A stretch of 31,385 nucleotides of DNA from a virus (Duplodnaviria; Caudoviricetes). The stretch covers positions 1 through 31,385 of IMG/VR virus record IMGVR_UViG_3300031857_017116. One strand, given 5' to 3'. Numbering within the stretch: the stretch's first letter is position 1; every line of letters starts with the position of its first letter. Under the pieces are notes generated by a model. It worked only from the letters and a program-made list of their open reading frames with translations. It was not told the DNA's origin and did not search any database. A program made the position numbers and the translations under genes. Below, piece after piece: positions 18,336 to 25,206 of the stretch.

Positions 18336-19675
18336 TTTCCGTCATCACAAACGAGCCCTCTTTTGTCGTGGTCTGCCGGTCTGGGGGAGATTACACCCCG
18401 GATCACGCCGCCTGCCTGCACCGCCAGTTTCAGGCGTTCAACACCGACAAACGGTTCCAGTTCTGGTGCCTCACCGACACGCCAACCGAGCCTTGGCACA
18501 TCCGCCTAGAAACCGACTGGCCGGGATGGTGGGCTGTTCAAGAGGCTTGGCGCTTCACGGGGCCGACAATCCTGACCGGCCTCGACACCCTTTTTGCCCG
18601 CCAGTTGACGCCTTTCACGGCACTGGCTCTGGCCTGCCCGCCAGACATGGTATGGGGCACCCGGGATTTCTACCGCCCGAACGAATGGGCAAACGCCGTG
18701 ATGGTCTGGAACGGCGACCACCGGCAAGTCACCGAGGACATGGAGCCGGAACTGCGAAAGTCGGAGATGGGCCACACGGCCGCCCGGCTTGCTGTCATGG
18801 GCGTGCGCCTTGGCCTGCTAGACGACGTGCTGGACGGCATCTTGTCCTACAAAAAGCACGTTCACGTTGCTGGATCGGCGTCCAGCGAGGCCAACGCCCG
18901 GCTTGTGGCCTGGCACGGGATGCCGAGGCCGTGGCATGACAAGTGCGCCGGGACATGGGCGGGCCGGATGTATCGCAGCTTCATGGAGGGCGGGGACGCC
19001 GCCGCCTACCAACTCCTCGCGCCAAGCTCGACATCGCACAAGACGACCCAGTTTCATTTCGCCTGGACAGCTCTAGGTGATGAGGCCGCCTCATTGAGCC
19101 GCCGCATGAACGCAAAATGCTGGCTTACCTACCGGGCGGTTGACGGTGAGATCACCTTTACCGACTGGCTGGCCTGCGTTGCCCCTGCCGTGGCTGCACC
19201 GCATGAAGAAACGCCTTTGGGCGTGCGGTGGAGAGTCAGCCAACTTACGGGAGAGGCTTACCTGATGATTTTGAACGGCAGGCTGGACGAGGCCCGGCTG
19301 AGAATGATCGAGGTAAACGACATCGTTTATGCAGGAGGCTCTGATCTTTGGCCGCCGTGCGTCTTGAACTGGCTTCGATGCGCCGTGTTGAACCAATACG
19401 CTTTGCATCTGGAAGGCGTGAACATCGCCGATTCAACCGCCCGAGTCGTGGAAAACTGGCGAGGCATGGCCCACAAATACGACTGGCACAAATGGCCCAT
19501 GCGCGTTGACGAGATGATTCACGACATACGAGCCTTGAACGTCCTTGCCGCCATCACGCACAAAAGGGAAAAAGCATTCTGGCTTGCGCCCAAGAACCTT
19601 GTCGGCAACAAGGAAATCTTTCACCGATGCCTTTTGAAGCTCGGCGAAGGAAACCCAAAGGCCATTTTCACATGA
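18332..19675 (+). CDS. Glycosyltransferase-like protein (GT-A-like N-terminal domain + unknown helical C-terminal domain)
   Basis: VVVCRSGGDYTPDH..FWCLTD..WPGWWA..GLDT..RDFY..NAVMVWNG..ILSYKKH..LVAWHGMPRPW resembles phage GT8-like proteins. Confidence 0.7.
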   Translation: MISVITNEPSFVVVCRSGGDYTPDHAACLHRQFQAFNTDKRFQFWCLTDTPTEPWHIRLETDWPGWWAVQEAWRFTGPTILTGLDTLFARQLTPFTALALACPPDMVWGTRDFYRPNEWANAVMVWNGDHRQVTEDMEPELRKSEMGHTAARLAVMGVRLGLLDDVLDGILSYKKHVHVAGSASSEANARLVAWHGMPRPWHDKCAGTWAGRMYRSFMEGGDAAAYQLLAPSSTSHKTTQFHFAWTALGDEAASLSRRMNAKCWLTYRAVDGEITFTDWLACVAPAVAAPHEETPLGVRWRVSQLTGEAYLMILNGRLDEARLRMIEVNDIVYAGGSDLWPPCVLNWLRCAVLNQYALHLEGVNIADSTARVVENWRGMAHKYDWHKWPMRVDEMIHDIRALNVLAAITHKREKAFWLAPKNLVGNKEIFHRCLLKLGEGNPKAIFT

Positions 19676-20343
19676 GCGAGATTTCAGACATCCTTGGCGT
19701 CACCATCGCCAGCCCTGGCTATTTTGACATGGCCTACGAAGCCGCAGCCCGTTTTCGCAAATACACGGAACTGGACGCCATGGTAATCACCACGGACCGC
19801 CAGGAAAGCTACGACATGAAGTATGTCCTGCCTCTCCTGGGAACGCGCACGCTGGTGTTTTTTGACGCCGACCTGTGGTTCATTCGCCCGGCGAGCCTTG
19901 CCCGGTTCGCCAACCTAAACGGAATCGCCGCCGTCCAGGACGTGACCCGGCACAGCATCCACGGCACTTTCTGCCTGCAAGATGCCCTAGCCCTCGACAT
20001 GCCACCGGATCGCTACGTCAACACGGGCTTCATGGTCATCAACCCCCGCGTGCCCGCCGTGGGCGAGGCATTCAGGCTGGCTTCCGCCCTCATGGCCCAG
20101 CGCCGGGCCGGAGAGATCAACATTCTCGACAAGACCGAGCAAAGCCTGCTCAATGCGGCCTTTTACCGCTCCGGCGTGGACATGCACTTTTTGCCGGATG
20201 AGTGGAACTTCTGGCCGATGGCCTGGAAGCACAAGTTCTACGACCGCCTGCCGCTGGAGCCCTACTGCATTCACGCCGCCGGAGTGCCCCTGGCCGACAA
20301 GGCCGCCTTCCTGGCCCGCCACGCCGCCGTCTTTGAGGCCTGA
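19672..20343 (+). CDS. Glycosyltransferase, GT8-like
   Basis: LVFFDADLWF (DxD), YVNTGFMVIN, EQSLLN, LPDEWN, IHAAG motifs; ATGA-coupled start at 19672. Confidence 0.8.
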   Translation: MSEISDILGVTIASPGYFDMAYEAAARFRKYTELDAMVITTDRQESYDMKYVLPLLGTRTLVFFDADLWFIRPASLARFANLNGIAAVQDVTRHSIHGTFCLQDALALDMPPDRYVNTGFMVINPRVPAVGEAFRLASALMAQRRAGEINILDKTEQSLLNAAFYRSGVDMHFLPDEWNFWPMAWKHKFYDRLPLEPYCIHAAGVPLADKAAFLARHAAVFEA

Positions 20344-20391
20344 TGCCTCCCCCGCCGCCCGCCGGAACCTGCGGGCATAGAACAAAACGAC

Positions 20392-20631
20392 ATGCCTTAT
20401 ATCCTCCAAGAAACACCCGACGAGTCCTGTGTTTACCGCAGCACGGGCGCAAAAGTGAAACCCATTGTCACCCTCAAAGATGAGCACGGCGGCGTTAGTC
20501 ACATCATTGAAGATGACCACTGCTACGTTCTTCTGAACGGCAGCGAGGAGAAAGGGTTCGCGCCGACGCCATATTGGTATCCTGAAGCCGTTGAGGTTCT
20601 TCGCGGAATGCCTCCGTTGGACGCCGCCTAA
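20392..20631 (+). CDS. Hypothetical protein (79 aa)
   Basis: Clean ORF with an A-rich leader and protein-like composition. Confidence 0.6.
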   Translation: MPYILQETPDESCVYRSTGAKVKPIVTLKDEHGGVSHIIEDDHCYVLLNGSEEKGFAPTPYWYPEAVEVLRGMPPLDAA

Positions 20632-20720
20632 ATCCCTTTGCCTGCTCTCGGCCCCTCGTCCAGACTGGCCCATGGAAACAGGGGCCTTTAGGCCTGGGGC
20701 AGGCATCTCAAAACTTTGTC

Positions 20721-20749
20721 TTGCAAAGTCGTCAATAACTACACACAAT
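20721..20749 (+). promoter_or_regulatory. Possible sigma70-type promoter for the scaffold/capsid genes
   Basis: TTGCAA-N17-CACAAT in an AT-rich intergenic gap, 9 nt before ATG20759. Confidence 0.45.
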
Positions 20750-20758
20750 ACAGCCATC

Positions 20759-21715
20759 ATGTCCGACACCCCGACACCCACCCTTGAACAGATGCTTTAC
20801 GGCAATCTGGAGAAAGACCCTGCCGCCCTGGCCGCCGACTTCACCGCCGCCGCTGGCGTGGCCCAACCGCCCGCCGCAAACGCCAAGCTCCTGCCAGACC
20901 CGGACGACTCCGCCGGACATGACCCCGCCGACCCTGTGGCCGCCGCCGAGGCCGCCGAGGCCGCCAAAGACGCAGGCCAGTATCCGCTTGAGCCTGACGC
21001 CGCCGTGACCTCGCCCGAGGTGTCCACGTCCGCCACCGATACCACCCAGCCCGAGGCCAGCCCGGCCCCGGCCGCCGTTCCTGCGCCCGCCCACGAGCCG
21101 CAGGACTTGGCCCCGGTGTTTTCGCAGGCCCTTCAGGACTACAACGCCGCCGCCACCGCCGCCCAGGAAGCCGCCCAGCGCCTCGCCGACCTCCAAAGCA
21201 ACGCCGAGGGCATTGTTGAGTTCACCCCCGAGATGGCCGCCGCCCTGGAAGACAAGATGAAGGCCGAGGCCAACGCTGAACGCGCTTTTGAGGAGATCGG
21301 CGACGACGCCTTGGCCCTCGCCATCCAGCAGTTTCCAGAACTGGCCGACGACAACAGCCCGGCCACCATCGCCGTCAAGACCGCCCTGGAGGCCAGCCCC
21401 GACCTTGCCGTTCGCTCGCCCACCGCCGTTGCCGAGCTTGGCGTGAAGATCGCCCAGCAGCTCCGCGCCCAGGCCAAGCAGGCCGCCCCGCCCGCCGCCC
21501 AGCCCAAGCCCGCCCCCGGCCCCGTGCCTGCCAAGGCCGCCGCCCCCGCCAGCGCCATGACTTCCCATGCCCAGGCCCAGCGCCCCGCGCCCGGCCAGCC
21601 CGCCACGCCCGACATCGTGACACAAGTCGCACAAGCTGCCCAGGCCGGAAGCCTGAAAAGCCTGTTCGGCTCCGTTCTCGGTGCCGGCGCTCCTGTCGGT
21701 ATTCGCATGTCCTGA
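20759..21715 (+). CDS. Capsid scaffolding protein (putative)
   Basis: Start reassigned to ATG20759 (MSDTPTP; 318 aa). Acidic A/P-rich N-terminus, central coiled coil, located immediately upstream of the MCP. Confidence 0.7.
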   Translation: MSDTPTPTLEQMLYGNLEKDPAALAADFTAAAGVAQPPAANAKLLPDPDDSAGHDPADPVAAAEAAEAAKDAGQYPLEPDAAVTSPEVSTSATDTTQPEASPAPAAVPAPAHEPQDLAPVFSQALQDYNAAATAAQEAAQRLADLQSNAEGIVEFTPEMAAALEDKMKAEANAERAFEEIGDDALALAIQQFPELADDNSPATIAVKTALEASPDLAVRSPTAVAELGVKIAQQLRAQAKQAAPPAAQPKPAPGPVPAKAAAPASAMTSHAQAQRPAPGQPATPDIVTQVAQAAQAGSLKSLFGSVLGAGAPVGIRMS

Positions 21716-21718
21716 TAG

Positions 21719-21830
21719 CTGCCTGGCCTAGAGCCACGGCAGACTCCCGTGTGGAGTGACAACCTGACAACAGACAAACAGGGCCGAGCAAGCCCTGCGG
21801 TTAGTTCTGTTTTCACATTTCACTCCACAC
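21719..21830 (+). promoter_or_regulatory. Structured RNA leader of the major capsid gene
   Basis: Small hairpin ctgcctggc/gccacggcag, then a long stem: gtgtggagtga (21749-59) perfectly complementary to tcactccacac (21820-30), with inner aacaga/tctgtt and cagggc/gccctg. Confidence 0.65.
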
Positions 21831-21834
21831 ACCA

Positions 21835-23370
21835 ATGGCTACCTACACCGCAATCGACGCCCAAACGGTCGCTCAGATCGTTGCGCAGTCCCCCACCTAC
21901 GCCCGTCAGATCATCTGGGTTTCTTCGATCCAGATGGACGAAGAACGTTACAACCCGTTCTCGGAACTGATGGGAGGCCTTGGCTCCGCCAAGCCCATCA
22001 AGGAAGTTCTCGACACCTCCAAAGTGCGAGGCAACACCATCGTTTTCACCCAGGAAGCCGGACTCGGCGGCAAGGGCGTGGAAGGCAACACCTCGCTGAT
22101 CGGCGCTGAAGAAGCCCGCAAATACAGCCAGTTCACGCTGACCATCGGCCTCCACCGCCACGCCGTCGCCGAAACCGTCACCACCAAAGACCTGACGTTC
22201 ATCGGCACGACCTTCGACCAGAGCGCCCGCCGTGGCCTCAACGAATGGGTCCAGCGCCTCAAGTGCGACTGCATCGAGGCCACCATGCTCGGCAGCCTGG
22301 AAACCTACAACACCCTGTATGCGGGCAACAAGGCCAACATCAATGCCCTGACCTCCACGGATGTCGTCACCAAGGCGACCATCTCGCAGGCCAAAATCAT
22401 GGCGAACGGGATCAAGATGAAGCAGATCGAGGTTGCCCGGGCGAAGGGCGGTCAGCGCATCCTGAAGTATTTCTTCCAGGGTAACGACTACCTGTTCCAG
22501 GGCCTCCGCGAAAACTCCACCTGGGAAAGCCTCCTGGCGACCGCTGGCGACCGTGGTGACACGAACTACCTCTTCTCCGGCTTCCTGCCCGAGTATGACG
22601 GCGTTCTGCTCAACAACTGGGCCGTCTCCAACACCGCCGCCGACGCCGCCCAGGGTGCGTTCTGCGCCCCCCGTGCCTACCTCGGTGAGGAATACGCGGC
22701 CAAGGCCACGACCACCACGCTTGTGGCGATCAAGGGCGGCGGCTTCAACGGCAGCTCCACGCTGACCACCAACGCCATCGCCAAGACCCGGAACGACTAC
22801 TTCCGCTACTTCCCTGGCGCTGGCTTCACCGCCTTCGAACAGACGTTCATCTCGTCCACCTCCTCGGCCCGTTACCTCATGGTCATCCACGGCAGCGGCT
22901 CCGACATCGGCAAGTTCAGCTTCTTCAAATACACGACCTGCGACGGTTACACCGTCTCGGCGACTGGCATGGAGCGCCTGGGCTCTACCTCCTCCGGCGG
23001 CTACGTCACCACCCTGACGGGCTCCACGATCACCTGGGGCACCGCTCCCTGGACCTCGGCTTACCTCTCTGAGGCTGCCATCCCGGTCGGCTCGCTCATC
23101 ATCCCCTGCAACAGCAAGGGCCAGCCCTACGTCTGCGGCTACTTCATGGGCAACGACGCCGTGTATTGCGGCTACGGCTCTGTGAACGGCAAGCCCAGCA
23201 CGGCCATGGGCCAGCGCGTCACTGAACAGCAGGACTACACGAACCGCTTCGGTATCGGTGTCCAGATGGTCTGGGGTGCCACCGCCTACAAGAACGCCGC
23301 CCTCGTCAAGAACGGCTACCTTGTGGTTTATGGTGCCTGGAACGCCCCCGGTATGCCGGAGGTCAGCTAA
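21835..23370 (+). CDS. Major capsid protein, N4-gp56/DUF4043-like
   Basis: DTSKVRGNTIVF..LGGKGVEGNTSLIGAEE..FTLTIGLHRHAV; WESLLATAGDRG..NYLFSG..EYDGVLL; EQQDYTNRFGIG. Strong codon bias suggests high expression. Confidence 0.88.
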   Translation: MATYTAIDAQTVAQIVAQSPTYARQIIWVSSIQMDEERYNPFSELMGGLGSAKPIKEVLDTSKVRGNTIVFTQEAGLGGKGVEGNTSLIGAEEARKYSQFTLTIGLHRHAVAETVTTKDLTFIGTTFDQSARRGLNEWVQRLKCDCIEATMLGSLETYNTLYAGNKANINALTSTDVVTKATISQAKIMANGIKMKQIEVARAKGGQRILKYFFQGNDYLFQGLRENSTWESLLATAGDRGDTNYLFSGFLPEYDGVLLNNWAVSNTAADAAQGAFCAPRAYLGEEYAAKATTTTLVAIKGGGFNGSSTLTTNAIAKTRNDYFRYFPGAGFTAFEQTFISSTSSARYLMVIHGSGSDIGKFSFFKYTTCDGYTVSATGMERLGSTSSGGYVTTLTGSTITWGTAPWTSAYLSEAAIPVGSLIIPCNSKGQPYVCGYFMGNDAVYCGYGSVNGKPSTAMGQRVTEQQDYTNRFGIGVQMVWGATAYKNAALVKNGYLVVYGAWNAPGMPEVS

Positions 23371-23383
23371 GGTCACGCCTGAC

Positions 23384-23412
23384 GGCCGCCCGGCCTAACC
23401 CGCCGGGCGGCC
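23384..23412 (+). terminator. Strong GC hairpin after the MCP (terminator/stabiliser; no U-tract)
   Basis: ggccgcccggc-ctaaccc-gccgggcggcc, a perfect 11-bp stem. Confidence 0.55.
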
Positions 23413-23455
23413 TGAAGGCACAACACCCACACGCAACCCTCCATATACCACTTCA

Positions 23456-23998
23456 ATGCTTTCCATCACACCCATCCCGACCAACCCGGCCGATCTTCCG
23501 GCCCTGCTTGGTTCCAGTCTCACGACTTCGCATCGCGTTCTCGTCTATGACAGCCGGAAGCCTTCGGGCGACCCGAACATCATGGCCGACATGACGCTGG
23601 CGGAGTTTTTCAGCGGCGTGAATTCCCTCGTCAACGCAGGCACCATTTCCGGGCCTCGTTCCGACGTTGTGGAAGCCGTCACTGCCACCGTCGGAGGCGC
23701 TTCCATCGCGGCGGCGTCCAGTCACGTCACAGTTACCAGCTCGGATGCCAACCACATCGTCATTCTGCCGGCCCCGGTTGTGGGCAAGCAGCTTGTCATC
23801 AATGTCGGCGCGACCGGGTTTGAGCTTCGCAGTTCCAGTCCTGCAACCATCGCCATCAACGGCGGCAGCGGTGCAAATGCTGAGTCCGCCATTGCGGCAG
23901 ACTCCACATGCTACCTTACATGCGTCTCCGCGACTGCATGGAAAGGATGGTTCATGGATGCAGACGGCGACCTCGCCAAGATCGAGGCGGCGGCCTAA
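23456..23998 (+). CDS. Putative capsid decoration / head fibre protein
   Basis: 180 aa immediately after the MCP; beta-rich VTVTSSDANHIVILPAPVVGKQLVI..INGGSGA..W motif. Confidence 0.55.
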   Translation: MLSITPIPTNPADLPALLGSSLTTSHRVLVYDSRKPSGDPNIMADMTLAEFFSGVNSLVNAGTISGPRSDVVEAVTATVGGASIAAASSHVTVTSSDANHIVILPAPVVGKQLVINVGATGFELRSSSPATIAINGGSGANAESAIAADSTCYLTCVSATAWKGWFMDADGDLAKIEAAA

Positions 23999-24011
23999 CC
24001 AGCCCGGCCCC

Positions 24012-24070
24012 GGCCAAACAATCAGCCAGCCCGGCCTTGCCTTTCCGGCGGGCCGGGCTTATTGTTGGCC
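24012..24070 (+). terminator. Hairpin (possible intrinsic terminator) overlapping a sigma70-like promoter
   Basis: agcccggcc..ggccgggct followed by tattgtt, extended by aacaat/attgtt. The same bases read TTGCCT(24037)-N17-TATTGT(24060). Confidence 0.55.
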
Positions 24071-24093
24071 TACGACATCAAGCACCCGACACC

Positions 24094-24735
24094 ATGATTA
24101 CTCACTTCCAGGTCACATTCCCGCAGGAGCCCGGCGCATCCTTCCCCATTGCCGCCAGCAACGGCCGCACGCTGCCCGTCCGCGCCCGCTCGGACGTTCG
24201 CCCCACCAACTTCCCCACGCGCATCCTGACCCGCGAGGAATGGGACGACCTTCGCCGCCCGGCCGGGCCGTATCTGGCATCCTACCAGCCCAAGCGCCCG
24301 GTGCCGGACGTGGACTTTGAGGCCGAGGACGGCAGCCTGCACAAGACGGCCGAGGCCTGTCTGGCCCATGAATTGAAGGCCCGGTTTGGCGTGGAGACGC
24401 TGGCCGAGGTGGAGGGGCTTATGAAGGTTTTGTCTGACAAGAACAAATTGACCGTTGACGATGTCCAGGCAGCTATTCAAGAAGCCACGGAAACCAAGGA
24501 TTCCGCCGCCAGTTTTACAGCCGATGCGGCAGCTATTACCGCCGACCCCGAGCCATCCGCGCCCACCTACGACGAGGCCCGCCGCCTGCTGGCCTCCGCC
24601 CTTAGCCAGCGCGGCCTGAAGCCCGCCGAGGCCGCCAGGGCAACCGGCCTAACCAGCAAGCAATGCCGCGAAGTGGTGGCTGCCTACCCTGCTGAGTTCC
24701 GCGAGCACGCGGGCAAGCTGTTCCTCAATAGCTGA
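24094..24735 (+). CDS. Hypothetical protein with C-terminal wHTH-like domain
   Basis: Start reassigned to ATG24094 (MITHFQ; 213 aa). C-terminal LASALSQRGLKPAEAARATGLTSKQCREVV is HTH-like. Confidence 0.65.
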   Translation: MITHFQVTFPQEPGASFPIAASNGRTLPVRARSDVRPTNFPTRILTREEWDDLRRPAGPYLASYQPKRPVPDVDFEAEDGSLHKTAEACLAHELKARFGVETLAEVEGLMKVLSDKNKLTVDDVQAAIQEATETKDSAASFTADAAAITADPEPSAPTYDEARRLLASALSQRGLKPAEAARATGLTSKQCREVVAAYPAEFREHAGKLFLNS

Positions 24736-24739
24736 CACA

Positions 24740-24964
24740 ATGTTTGCGCATTACATTATCGCCGTGCTCCAACAGTTTAACGAGGGATGGAGAGTCACGT
24801 CTCTCTTGTCCGTGTGGACAGGACCCGCAAACAGTGAAGAGGAGGCATTAGGGGCCGCTATTGCTGCCGCGACAAAGAAAAATCCAGGCTACAACATTGC
24901 CGGACACGTCATCACCAAAAACCCGCTTTCACCATGCCAGACGCCACCCACCGCCCACGCCTGA
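24740..24964 (+). CDS. Hypothetical protein (74 aa)
   Basis: ORF filling the gap between neighbours; lower GC; ANSEEEALG motif. Confidence 0.55.
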   Translation: MFAHYIIAVLQQFNEGWRVTSLLSVWTGPANSEEEALGAAIAAATKKNPGYNIAGHVITKNPLSPCQTPPTAHA

Positions 24965-25164
24965 CCGCCGGGGCCTACTCCGCCAGCCTCCGCGAAGGGG
25001 CGCAAAGCCTCACGCCAGACCTGAAGGCCGCCCTGGCCTCCGGCCCGCTTGCCATGGCCGACCTAGCCACCAAGGCCGGGCACGGCCTGCCAGCCACGGC
25101 CGCCTGCGTGCGTAGCCAGCCACGCGTCTTTGCCGAGCGCGGCGGGCTGGTGCATCTGGCGTAA
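24934..25164 (+). CDS. Small wHTH-like protein
   Basis: 76 aa; aligns without gaps to the C-terminus of the 24094-24735 product. Confidence 0.6.
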   Translation: MPDATHRPRLTAGAYSASLREGAQSLTPDLKAALASGPLAMADLATKAGHGLPATAACVRSQPRVFAERGGLVHLA

Positions 25165-25171
25165 AACTGCC

Positions 25172-25200
25172 TTGTCAGGGCACGGCGGGCGGGCTATTCT
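25172..25200 (+). promoter_or_regulatory. Sigma70-type promoter, probably leaderless, for the tail genes
   Basis: TTGTCA-N17-TATTCT-N6-ATG(25207), the same geometry as the endolysin promoter. Confidence 0.6.
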
Positions 25201-25206
25201 CGCGGA

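Noticed and set aside
20660-20690. GAAAC-containing stem as a hammerhead ribozyme
   Set aside because: No CUGANGA core in the appropriate position.
20591-20758. N-terminal extensions given by the ORF track (also at 14817, 17509, 17793, 19627, 23908 and several minus-strand genes)
   Set aside because: They run through promoters, hairpins or upstream genes; downstream ATG/GTG starts with stop-start coupling or A/C-rich leaders fit better.
20732-21634. 300-aa Gly-rich minus-strand ORF
   Set aside because: Reverse complement of Ala/Pro codons of the scaffold gene.
21820-23376. 518-aa minus-strand ORF spanning the MCP
   Set aside because: Mirror frame of a strongly codon-biased gene; composition (G/V/D/E/H-rich) typical of shadow ORFs.
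23340-23460. Possible readthrough/frameshift fusing the MCP to the next gene (T7 10A/10B style)
   Set aside because: The next gene is out of frame, I saw no slippery heptamer, and it has its own leader.
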